Part shown: piece after piece, positions 7,422-17,600 of the stretch
Position numbering within the stretch: position 1 is the first letter of the stretch
How the letters are laid out: each line of letters begins with the position of its first letter
DNA from: an uncultured Bacteriovoracaceae bacterium
GTDB lineage: Bacteria > Desulfobacterota > Desulfomonilia > UBA1062
Length of the DNA: 62,324 bases
NCBI GenBank assembly: GCA_964400685.1
Contig: CAYNVT010000007.1
Location: 1 to 62,324 of the forward strand
Direction: 5' to 3'
Made by a program: the position numbers and the translations under genes
Notes under the pieces: model-generated
Seen by the model: the letters and a program-made list of their open reading frames with translations, nothing else
Told to the model about the DNA's origin: nothing
Databases searched by the model: none

Positions 7422-8129
7422 TCACCTGAACGTGATCATGTCCCTGAAACCTGCTTCAAGGTGCGGCCAGGCATTGAATGTTCTGAGAGTTATGCGCTCT
7501 TCATTATATACAAGGGTTGAGATCGAGGTGTTTGCAATCTGCCAGCAGAGGTGCTGCGCCGCTTCGTCGCTGAGGCCGGTCACATCCCCAATGCATGCCG
7601 AAATCGTACCCCCTGATGCAACTATGAGAACAGTTCTGCCGCCCCCGTGAACGGATGCTATCCTGGAAACGGCCTGAGAGACTCTCGTCTTTACCGAGTT
7701 CCAGCTCTCGCCGCCCTCAAAAGCGTCTCCCTTTGACACCCACTTTAGCATGGAGCGTTCGAATATCTTCTGAAACGCCCTGCGGTCGGTGAAGATTTTT
7801 TCGAATGAGCTTTTTATTGAAGGATCTTCTTCAATCAGTTCAGGGGCAAGAACCGTTATAATGGATTTCGAGTCATACTCATTGAATTCCGGCATGATGT
7901 TCAGGTCAGGCAGGTTTATGCCATTCAACTCAAATTCTTTCATGATGACTTCGGCAGTCCGCATCTGCCTGTCCATGCTGCCTGAATAGACGGCGTCGAA
8001 CCGGACCCCTGTCTTCAATAAATACAGCGCAAGAACCGCCGACTGTTCGACGCCGACGTCCGAAAGTACATCGTAATTGGCCTTTCCGAACGACCCCTGA
8101 CCGTGCCTTACAAGATATATCATGCTCAT
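7422..8129 (-). CDS. Histidine phosphatase (phosphoglycerate mutase family)
   Basis: LVRHGQ motif; typical member of ACAD/APH/SDR clusters. Confidence 0.9.
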   Translation of the reverse strand: MSMIYLVRHGQGSFGKANYDVLSDVGVEQSAVLALYLLKTGVRFDAVYSGSMDRQMRTAEVIMKEFELNGINLPDLNIMPEFNEYDSKSIITVLAPELIEEDPSIKSSFEKIFTDRRAFQKIFERSMLKWVSKGDAFEGGESWNSVKTRVSQAVSRIASVHGGGRTVLIVASGGTISACIGDVTGLSDEAAQHLCWQIANTSISTLVYNEERITLRTFNAWPHLEAGFRDMITFR

Positions 8130-8218
8130 TTGATGATTCATGCGGGAAAGGTATGAGCATGTCAAGCAGCAGCTCTTAAACGCTTGCCTTTTAACTGCGG
8201 GAATGAGAACATTTATTC

Positions 8219-9001
8219 ATGAATATTCTCGTATGCATAAAGGAAGTTCCTGATACCGGCTCACAGATAACGATAGATGAAAGAGGCAGATGGATTGATG
8301 AATCGAAGGCCTCCTTCAGGATGAACCGCTATGACGAGCATGCGCTTGAGGAGGCGCTGAAAATCAGGGACAGCCTGCCGGACACTGTTGTGCATGCAAT
8401 TACATTCGGCCCGACAAGGGCAGCCCATGTCGTGAAAAGGGCCCTTGAGATGGGGGCGGATGAGAGTTTTCATATCCTCTCGCCTGAAGGCTTTATCAAT
8501 GCCTCATCGACAGCGGCAGCGATATCGGCTCATGCAAAAGCGCATTCATACGACCTCATCCTCTGCGGTGTCATGTCTGAAGACAGCATGCAGTCGCAGG
8601 TCGGTCCCATGCTTGCGGCATTGCTTGACATCCCCTGCATTACACAGACAGTATCGATAAGAATTGATCAGGAGACTGAGCATGCAACAGTTGAACGCGA
8701 ACTGAGCGGTTCAAGAAGGCAGACACTTAAGATATGCCTGCCTTGCCTTATTGCAGTGCAGTCGGGTATAAACCGGCCCAGGTATCCGTCGCTGAGCAAT
8801 GTGCTGAGGGCGAAGAAACAGCCAATAAATACCCTTGAACCGGTTTTGAACTGCAAATTAGATGACGGCGTCCGCCTTCTATATCCTGACGTGTCATCAA
8901 CGGGGACATTTATCGATGGAACAACTGAAGACAAGGCGGAAAAACTCGTGCGGATCCTAAACGAGCATTCCATTCTCGAGGTGCATCAGTGTTCGCGCTG
9001 A
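8219..9001 (+). CDS. etfB: Electron transfer flavoprotein subunit beta
   Basis: MNILVCIKEVPDT, ALEEAL, QVGPMLAALL, PRYPSL. Confidence 0.93.
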   Translation: MNILVCIKEVPDTGSQITIDERGRWIDESKASFRMNRYDEHALEEALKIRDSLPDTVVHAITFGPTRAAHVVKRALEMGADESFHILSPEGFINASSTAAAISAHAKAHSYDLILCGVMSEDSMQSQVGPMLAALLDIPCITQTVSIRIDQETEHATVERELSGSRRQTLKICLPCLIAVQSGINRPRYPSLSNVLRAKKQPINTLEPVLNCKLDDGVRLLYPDVSSTGTFIDGTTEDKAEKLVRILNEHSILEVHQCSR

Positions 9002-9882
9002 TACTGGCTGAATCCGGATGCGACTTGAGCGGGCCATTCACTCTTGCATTACTTCTGGGTGCCGACAGGACAATGATTTTCAATCTGCCTGATAATTTCG
9101 AAAACGACCCCGAAACTTCAATGAACCGGACGGTGGAGCTCCTGAAAGAACTCGGGCCGGATGCGGTGATATTAAACGAAACATCCAGCTCTTCGGGCAT
9201 GGCACCTTTCCTTGCTGCAAAGCTCGGCGCGTCATGCATCACGTCGGTAATGGGAATTGACTTGAGCAGCGGCACGCCAGGGTTGCAAAGACCTTTCCTG
9301 GGCGGAAAAGCAGTCATGGAAGTTACCCCCCGATATCCCGCCATCATATCAGTGATGCCCGGAGTGTTCGTTAAAGACGATGAAGCCACCCTTCCCCATG
9401 CCGCAGACATGCCTCATCCGGAAAAGGCCGACATCCACGGAGGAAGCAGGGAGAGAATAAAAAGCCTGGGTATAATAAAGACGGAGTCATCCGAATCGGG
9501 CCTCTCAATAACAGAAGCAGAGGTAATAGTTTCTGCGGGCCGCGGCTTAGGAAAACCGGAAAACCTTGAACTCATCAGAAAGCTGGCCGGGCTTTTTTCA
9601 CGCTCCGCCGTTGGAGGCTCAAGGCTTGTGATCGACGCGGGATGGCTGCCATATCCAAACCAGGTAGGCCTCACCGGAAAGACCGTCACGCCCAGACTGT
9701 ATCTTGCATGCGGCATATCGGGTTCGCCCCAGCACATCGCAGGCATGAAAGATTCGTCTTTGATAGTATCAATCAACAAAGACCCTCATGCTGCAATATT
9801 CAATTATTCCCATTACTGCATAGTCGAAGACCTGGAAAAGTTCCTTCCTGTCCTGATCGAAGAATTGAGCAGACTTTCATAG
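8989..9882 (+). CDS. etfA: Electron transfer flavoprotein subunit alpha
   Basis: VSAGRG, QVGLTGKTVTP, ACGISGSPQHIAGM, INKDPHAAIF. Confidence 0.93.
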   Translation: MFALILAESGCDLSGPFTLALLLGADRTMIFNLPDNFENDPETSMNRTVELLKELGPDAVILNETSSSSGMAPFLAAKLGASCITSVMGIDLSSGTPGLQRPFLGGKAVMEVTPRYPAIISVMPGVFVKDDEATLPHAADMPHPEKADIHGGSRERIKSLGIIKTESSESGLSITEAEVIVSAGRGLGKPENLELIRKLAGLFSRSAVGGSRLVIDAGWLPYPNQVGLTGKTVTPRLYLACGISGSPQHIAGMKDSSLIVSINKDPHAAIFNYSHYCIVEDLEKFLPVLIEELSRLS

Positions 9883-10014
9883 ATTCCCTGCGAGCTCTAT
9901 CTGTTTGACCACATGAACACAGACTGTCAAGCTCCCCACGATTCGCCCGATAAGACCTGTAATAAGCGGCTCAGAAAAAAATCTTTCAAGCCGGGCGAAA
10001 CAGGAGGTGCGGCA

Positions 10015-11427
10015 GTGGACAAAAAAAGCGTGATCAGCAGGGCGAAAAGAGAGGTCAGAAACGGGGTGAACATACTCCGCGTTAAAGGCACTCCCTATGA
10101 GATGGGCTACCAGCACGGATACCTCCTGGCCGAAGGAATCAATGTGATGATCAACAGGACACTATTCGCAACGGCTGCATATGTAGCCTTGCAGACCGGA
10201 ACTGATGCCGTGGCCGCAATGAGGATGCTCAAAGAAGGTCAGAAGCTGGCGGAGCCTTACCTGCCAGCCGAATGCCGCGAGGAGATGGAGGGAATCGTTC
10301 AGGGTGCGAATGATGCGGGCATCGATGTAACGCTGGAACAAATAATGCTCTGGAACACGAACTATGACCAGTGGTGCATTTATGTGCATCCTCATTTCTG
10401 GCAGGGCTGCATGGAAACGGGATCAGCGCCCCTTCCGGGAACAGGAGCATCGGGCGGCGGCGGATGCAGCAGCTTCTCTGCGTGGGATGACTGGGCGGGC
10501 GGCGACGGCAGGCTGATATTCGGAAAAAACGAGGACAACTTCGACCTGCCTGGCCAGGAAGAGAACCGCTTTCTCGTGATAGCGGATCCCGATAACGGCT
10601 TCGGCCATGCATTCATGACATACCCTGGCATGATCGGCCTTGACGGCGGCTTCAACGAGCGCGGCATCGAGATGATGACGCAGCTCAATTCCATGCAGCA
10701 GGAAACCATGCAGGGCTGCGGCATAGGCGTGTTCACCCGTCTGCTGCTGACTCATGCGGAAAAGCTAGATGACGTAATCAGAATATATCAGGAAACCCCG
10801 CGCTGCACAGGCATCGCATATCATGTGGCCGACGCCCGCGCACGCCAGGCGGTCGTTATAGAAACCTCCTCAGAGCATGTATGCCTCAGATGGCCCGAGC
10901 GCGGAGTGAACGCACTCTGGCAGTCGAACCACTCGAATTGCTATCCCGGCTGGATGGGTTACACAGGCTATAACATGGTGGCCGACCAGGCGCCTGTCAA
11001 CGAGCTCAGAGACATATCGTCAATAGAAGCATGGCAGACAAGCCTTAAAGACCCGTATAATTTTTACGTTCAGGCTCCGAGCCGGTTCGAACGTTACCGC
11101 CAGCTTATCTACAAGCATCGCGGCAATATCGATGCTGAAACGGCGAAATCGATACTGTGCGACTGCTTCGACCCGTATACGAAAATGACAAGGCCCGGAA
11201 ACTTCCCATCATGGACAAACAACATCCTTTGCACCATATGCGCGATGTATCCCGATTTCACATTCGAGGCCGAGCCCCCTATCGGGATATTCAAGGCTAG
11301 AGTCGTGAACATGTGGAGCATGGTGGCATACCCCGAAACAGGAGATTTCTGGCTTGCATCAAAAGGCTATCCCGCACAGTACGGAGGGTACGAGCGCTTC
11401 AACCTTCTCGAACTTCTCGGAAGATAA
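10015..11427 (+). CDS. C45/AAT-family Ntn hydrolase (Cys nucleophile)
   Basis: GTPYEMGYQHG, GGGG|CSSF autocleavage-type site, FGKNED, GFNERG; AGGAGG RBS before GTG 10015. Confidence 0.85.
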   Translation: MDKKSVISRAKREVRNGVNILRVKGTPYEMGYQHGYLLAEGINVMINRTLFATAAYVALQTGTDAVAAMRMLKEGQKLAEPYLPAECREEMEGIVQGANDAGIDVTLEQIMLWNTNYDQWCIYVHPHFWQGCMETGSAPLPGTGASGGGGCSSFSAWDDWAGGDGRLIFGKNEDNFDLPGQEENRFLVIADPDNGFGHAFMTYPGMIGLDGGFNERGIEMMTQLNSMQQETMQGCGIGVFTRLLLTHAEKLDDVIRIYQETPRCTGIAYHVADARARQAVVIETSSEHVCLRWPERGVNALWQSNHSNCYPGWMGYTGYNMVADQAPVNELRDISSIEAWQTSLKDPYNFYVQAPSRFERYRQLIYKHRGNIDAETAKSILCDCFDPYTKMTRPGNFPSWTNNILCTICAMYPDFTFEAEPPIGIFKARVVNMWSMVAYPETGDFWLASKGYPAQYGGYERFNLLELLGR

Positions 11428-11567
11428 CATTCAATTTACCATAAGCAGATACTGACAGGGTCACTCCTGAAACATTTACGCCGGGGATTTATGGTGAAAG
11501 GATTTCTTCAAGTATTAATCCTTGCCAGACGAAAAGAAATTGTAACTCGATATATCAGGAGGGTGAG

Positions 11568-14459
11568 ATGAACCATAAAACCAGCGGAATCTTCTCATGG
11601 AAAATAATCCTTCTCGTAATGCTTCTCCTTGTTTCATCGCTTTCCATCCACGCTGCCGGACCAACAGGCCAGCCCAAAACCGTTGGAACAGCAGATAAAC
11701 TGCTGAGCTTCTCGGGCGGCCTGGCAGCCGTCAACGTAGGAGGCAAATGGGGATTCATTAACACGGATGGCCAGGTTGCCATCAAGTTCATGTTCAGGGA
11801 AGTGGGCTCCTTCGATTCCAGCCTTGCTCCTGCCTGTGTCGACAAAAACAAATGGGGTTATATAAACAAAAAGGGTCTTTTCGTGATCAATCCGAGGTTC
11901 GACATGGCGAGGCCTTTTTCCAATGGGCTCGCCCCTGTGAAGAAGGGAAATCTCTGGGGGATCATCGATACGAAAGGCAGACTCGTTCATGACTATGCCT
12001 ATGAAGACCTCAAGGGTTTTTATTACGGTCTCGCGCCTGCAAAGAGAATCGGCAAATGGGGTTTCATAGACAGGAACGGACGGTTCGTCCTCAAAAGGCA
12101 GTGGCTTGAAGCGGGTGAATTCCGTGAAGGTCTTGCACCTGTGAAAGACCTGGAAAACCAGTGGGGTTTTATCGACACAAAAGGAAAAATCTATATAGAA
12201 TCGCAGTTCGACGAGGCAAGAGAATTCAGCGATAAGCTGGCAGCTGTAAAGGTCGAGAGCAAATGGGGATTCATCAATTATAAAGGCAGATACAGAATAA
12301 ACCCCGAGTATGAGGAGGTAAAGCGGTTTTCTGAAGGGTATGCCGCTGCTAAAAAAAATGGAAAGTGGGGATATATAGACCGGCTGGGTCATGATGACAT
12401 ACCTTTTATATATGATGAAGCCTCCGACTTCTCGGATTACATCGCCCTTGTCTCAAAGGACGGCCTTGCATATTACATTGATGATGAAGGAGGGAAAACG
12501 CTAGACATTTCAATGAAAACGGGCATGACTCCTGCAATTGCCGCGCCCTCAACCGTTATTACACCTTTTATAGCCGGGAACATCCTCAAGGCTTCAACTT
12601 TGGATTTTGAAGTATATTATGTCTCTGCCGCCAACAGCATGGATTCTGTTGAACACAAAAACGACGCAATATATCTGATCAAAATAAAAGGTGCTGATCT
12701 TAATCAGGATCAGCTTTTCAGTAAAGGCCTCAATGGTTTCAGGTATGAAATCGACTTCACCGGCAAACCCGACAAATACAAGGTTTATGCATTTCCCATA
12801 AACGGGGTGAAATACAGCGACGACGGATATAAAAGTGCGGCGCTGAATCCTTATGACATAGCCTTCTACTGGATAGGCCCGAAGCCTGACGGCAAATGCC
12901 AGGTGAGTGTGACGCAGCAGGTACGCGATTTCAACAAAGGAAGGGATGATATTGTTGCAGGGCCGGTGGTAAAAATTCTGCCGTCTATCGGAAAAGCGAA
13001 CGCCGATCTGGATTACACGATAAGCTTCAAGACGACCGCGGGAGAGACTTATTTTAATGGAGTATGCGCCTATCCTGTTGACATAAGGCTTACAAAAAAT
13101 GGCCTTGACGTTCCGGATGAAGTCTATGACCGGCTGGTATTTTACAGCAAGGAACAGACCGGCGTCTTGAACAAGGACAAAATAATCGGCGCCGACCCTG
13201 CTGACGAAAACCATCTGGCATTGATGCCAGCTCAATGGGGGAATAAGGTTCACCCCGCCTTGCCCCGCTACGGAATCTCTAACGAATATCTGGAAAACTC
13301 GATGAAATACCGGACTTATTATGTATTCGCAACGCCTGCGGCCAGAAAGGAAAGACTCATCAGCGTTCAGCTGCTCGATGACAGCGGCGAAATTTCCGTG
13401 TCCAATGATTTTACTTTAACCGCCAGAGAGCCTGCAGAGGTTAAAACAGTTTCCAATATCGACGCGCCTAATTCAGATATGGTCAGGACACTTTATTTGC
13501 AGGGTTCTCCAAATCCATACCTTTGTGACCCGTCAAAAGGCGATTTTGATTTCGTTTTCGATAAGGTGTCGCCCGGTAATTACTACCTCCTGCCATTATT
13601 GCCTGAGGGCTTGAACGAGAGGGAGCTTTCAGCAAGATTCAATTTCAGTACTTTTAAGAGCGGCTTTTATATGAGGCCGGTTTATTCCGGGGGCAAGGTG
13701 ACGGGCTTCAATGTCTCTGACAGGACGGCATCTCTTCACAATACATGGGGCAAGGATATATTCGCATTCATATTCGACATCTATGGCAGGTATGACCGCT
13801 CCCCCTTGTTCAGGGACAACCAGAAAAAAATCGTAAAGAGAAACGATGGCAGATCAGAGGAGTCGCTATACTTGAAATGGATCAATTACGACTGTGCAAA
13901 TATTCCTGACGCCGGCGGCAACCGTTTAATGATCGGGCTTAAAAATGAAACGGGGCTGCCCGTTATATACAAGCCCTGGGGGAAAACCGATGATTCCAAA
14001 TACGATTACAAGAAAAGGATTTATTCCCCGACAGAGATAATTGTCAGTCCCAAGAGGGAGTCCTTTTACGCAACCGGCGACGACCAGATTTTCTGGAAGA
14101 ATACCGAGACGTGCTGGGAAATGGAGGGATATTCCCTTCTTTCTGATGAGAAGCGTTTTCATAACAAGTATTTGGGTAAAAAAACAGCCGCCGGTGCCGC
14201 CGGGCTGATCAAGATGAAAAGCGAGAAGGGCTTCAAGAACCCTGACGCTCAAAGGCCCTTAGGGTCGGACGGCAAGTTTTTATTTTGCGCACGAGGCACT
14301 GATAAATACGCAACCCACTGGCTGGTCAGGTATAACGACTGGAGCGCGGTTTACAGCGGTTTCGGCTATTACGGGGGAAAGAAACGGGAAAACCACGTTG
14401 CGGGTGGCGACTTTAACGGCACCATGCACGATACTTATTTCAATCAGAATACATGGTGA
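11568..14459 (+). CDS. Secreted WG-repeat protein A (8 WG units plus unknown C-terminal region)
   Basis: Signal peptide ending SIHA; repeated GLAxV...WG(F/Y)I(D/N)xxG units. Confidence 0.88.
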   Translation: MNHKTSGIFSWKIILLVMLLLVSSLSIHAAGPTGQPKTVGTADKLLSFSGGLAAVNVGGKWGFINTDGQVAIKFMFREVGSFDSSLAPACVDKNKWGYINKKGLFVINPRFDMARPFSNGLAPVKKGNLWGIIDTKGRLVHDYAYEDLKGFYYGLAPAKRIGKWGFIDRNGRFVLKRQWLEAGEFREGLAPVKDLENQWGFIDTKGKIYIESQFDEAREFSDKLAAVKVESKWGFINYKGRYRINPEYEEVKRFSEGYAAAKKNGKWGYIDRLGHDDIPFIYDEASDFSDYIALVSKDGLAYYIDDEGGKTLDISMKTGMTPAIAAPSTVITPFIAGNILKASTLDFEVYYVSAANSMDSVEHKNDAIYLIKIKGADLNQDQLFSKGLNGFRYEIDFTGKPDKYKVYAFPINGVKYSDDGYKSAALNPYDIAFYWIGPKPDGKCQVSVTQQVRDFNKGRDDIVAGPVVKILPSIGKANADLDYTISFKTTAGETYFNGVCAYPVDIRLTKNGLDVPDEVYDRLVFYSKEQTGVLNKDKIIGADPADENHLALMPAQWGNKVHPALPRYGISNEYLENSMKYRTYYVFATPAARKERLISVQLLDDSGEISVSNDFTLTAREPAEVKTVSNIDAPNSDMVRTLYLQGSPNPYLCDPSKGDFDFVFDKVSPGNYYLLPLLPEGLNERELSARFNFSTFKSGFYMRPVYSGGKVTGFNVSDRTASLHNTWGKDIFAFIFDIYGRYDRSPLFRDNQKKIVKRNDGRSEESLYLKWINYDCANIPDAGGNRLMIGLKNETGLPVIYKPWGKTDDSKYDYKKRIYSPTEIIVSPKRESFYATGDDQIFWKNTETCWEMEGYSLLSDEKRFHNKYLGKKTAAGAAGLIKMKSEKGFKNPDAQRPLGSDGKFLFCARGTDKYATHWLVRYNDWSAVYSGFGYYGGKKRENHVAGGDFNGTMHDTYFNQNTW

Positions 14460-14496
14460 CGAATATGGGAGTCTCTTTTTGCGAAGCAGAATTAGA

Positions 14497-14644
14497 TGTC
14501 ATTTCGACGAGTGAAACGAGGAGAAATCTGGATCTTGTGCCTCTATGTTTCGCCCTCAAGCCGAAGGCGCAGAGAAATCTTGCTTTTGTTAAATCAAAAT
14601 CAGAAAGCAAGATTCCTCACCCCGCAAGGGGGTCCGGAATGACA
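14497..14644. repeat. REPIN-like element (TGTCATT..CG / CG..AATGACA ends)
   Basis: Terminal inverted repeats, inner AATCTTGCTTT/AAAGCAAGATT stem; related element at 26833. Confidence 0.75.
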
Positions 14645-17600
14645 ACTATAGTGTTTATTTCGCTACTGGCGCTTTGCGTGTCAGCATTTCCGGACACGGT
14701 TTTTTCTTCTGAAAATTCAGAAAGCTTTGGCGGAGCCGATACGGCGGCGAATAAAAAGGACGTCAGACCTTCGGACTCTTTTGCCGCAAACGCAGTGAGC
14801 GGTTTCGGGATTGAGGTAAACCCGCAGACAGGCCAGCCCGGGGTGACCATAACCTGCATAGACCTTCCGGGCATTGTCGAGGAAATGGACCTCAATTTGA
14901 ATTTGAGCGCAGGCGACACGGTGTCCGGTGATAAATCCTCTGTTTACGGTTTTCCTGCGGGCTTTAAGTGGGACCTGGACTATGTTGATGCGAAAAACGA
15001 AATCCTGAAATTAACAGGTAGCGCAAGTCTGATAATAGACCCTTCATGGCGGCCAAGCGGGCTCAGGTTTGTTAAAAGCGCCATGTTCAAGATGGAAAAG
15101 CTTTCGGGCGCTGGTGCGGAGCTTACATACGACAAGAGGAAATACCTATACAAACTCACGATGCTTGACGGAAGCGCCAGGTATTTCGACCGATTCGGCA
15201 GACTCATATGCGTTGACGACCGCTTCGGCAACCGAATCCTTTTCTATTATGACAGGGATGATTACATCGATAATTCAAAACTTGTTAAGATAAACGACAG
15301 CTTCGGCCAGGATATCGGCATTACATATACGGGAGACAGGCTTGTAAAGACGGCCGAGATCACTTTGCCTGACGGACGCAAGGCCATTTGCAGCTTCAAC
15401 ATCACACCTGCATTGTCCAGCAATGTTACACTTGTCAGCCCTGAAGGAAGGAGGGTCGTTATAAGCCTTTTCGAAAATGGCAGAATACGCGAAGTTCAGT
15501 ATCCTTCAGGCGGCAGCATCAGGTATGACTACAACGACAACGCAGTTGACTATATACTTGCGAAAGGCGGTAAAACGAGGTCTTTTCCGGCTGTAAGCAA
15601 AGTCACCGAGGATTCAGGCCATGCCGGTTCTGCGAAGAAGACCACATATTACGATTACCGGAGCAGCGGCAGGTTCTATACGGGCTATCCTGACTATCCT
15701 TTCGGAAGCGACCAGCTTTTCACAAGCGGCGCCAACGCCTTCAAATTCTCGACAAGCATCACTTCCAGACGAAATCCCGAAAACGGCGGCAATATAAAGA
15801 CCCTTATCACTTTCAATAATCTGAACCTGCCTCTCAGGACTGAGATCAGACAGGGCGACAGCCTGAAACAGACCACAATACCCAAATACGCCGGACAGAT
15901 TTCCCACGGGATTTTCCCTTCGCTTCAGCAGCTGGGCGGCAATTACAGCAGGGCTGTTGAAACCGAGGTAAAGACGGGCAGCCGAACAATAAACAACGAG
16001 ACACTGTCCTACAACCCCGATGGACTCGTCTCTCTCAGTATCGAAAAGACAGGCACGGCCACAGCCGAAACGCACAAGGACTATTTCAATTTCGCCCTGG
16101 AAAAAACAAGTGAGACCAGGGACAGCGAGGACAATACAGGCATGATACTCTCAGAGAACACGCTCGACGCATCGGGGAAATACATAGCCGGGAGTGTGGC
16201 GAAAAGAGGCGGTGAAAAGATAGTCATACAAACTGCCATGGACTCTCACGGCAGAACGACTCTGATGAATACAAAAAAGCTGGACGGCGCCGAGCCCTCT
16301 ACTGTTTCGGAAAAGTACTCATATTTAGACCCTCAAACAGGAGGATATGAGCTCACGACAGTAGCAATAGACGGCCTCGGGCATGAAACCTCTGTCACTG
16401 TAGACATCAGGAACGGGTTCGTCATGAAGGAAACCAACGCGATGGGGCGCAGCATAATTTATGATTATGACAAGGATAAAAAAGGCCTTCTCGTCACAAA
16501 AAAATATCCTGACGGAAGCTGGGAAACAATCGACGAGACCGACCCGAAAAAGACCGTAAGTACGTCGTCGGGATATGTCGAAACGGAATATCTTGACGGT
16601 TTCGGCAGGCTCATAAAAAGAACGGACAATGGCGGCCCCGGCTCAGCTGAAAGAACTCTTTACGCCTGCACATACAACGAACTCGGGGAGATAGCCACGG
16701 AAACGGACATGTTTTCCCGTACCACGAAACATTTCTATAACGACTGGCAGGGCAGGAAGACAAAGACGATAGAAAACCCGTACGTTCCAGGCGCATCGGC
16801 CTATCAGGGAAATGAGACCTCTATCAAATATGATGACGTGAATCTGATTGAAACTCTCAATTACAATGGCGTCAATGTCTCGAAAACACAATATGACGAC
16901 AGAGACAATGTGCTCAAGGAGATCAACTTTCTTGGCGGCTGTCCCGGTAAAAATGTTCATCCGGCCAAGGAATTCGCCTATAACGGTAAAGGCCAGGAGA
17001 TTTCATCGAAACTGCTTATGGCGACTGACATAAACCTTCCCGGCAGAGAGGTTTTATCTAAAACATCGAAGTACGACCTGGAAGAGAATGAGATATCTTC
17101 GAGAGTGAAGACCCGAGACGGCGCCCTGAACACCACTCAGGCCTATTTCAACGCATTCGGTTATGTGAACAGCTCGAATATAGCATACGACAAAGTCTCG
17201 CCCGGTGTGGACGGCTCCATGAAGGGCTTCAGCAGCGAGGTCAAGGAATATAACGCCGCAGGCGACATTATAAAAGTGACCAACGCGCTTAATCAGTCCA
17301 TGTTTTTCACATATGACAAAAACGGAAATATGACCTCCATGACGGACTTCGCCAAAAAAAAGACCGAATACAAATATGACGTGATGGACAGGCTGTCTTC
17401 AATAGAATCAGGCGATATGGAGGTTATCGTAAAATATTATCCTCCTGGCTCGCCTGCTGAGGGACAGGTTCAGTCAAGAGAGCTTAAAACAGGCAAAACG
17501 CTCAAGGACAGAATCGAATACAGCTATAACAGCCGGGGTCTTCTTGAAAAAACAACATACTTTGACGGCAGGTCCAGGCATGCAGAATATGACAATTACG

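Noticed and set aside
6561-7520. Long antisense ORFs (also 954..1879, 11634..12392, 28694..29335, 59948..60430 and similar)
   Set aside because: Shadows of well-supported genes on the opposite strand, with no motifs or RBS.
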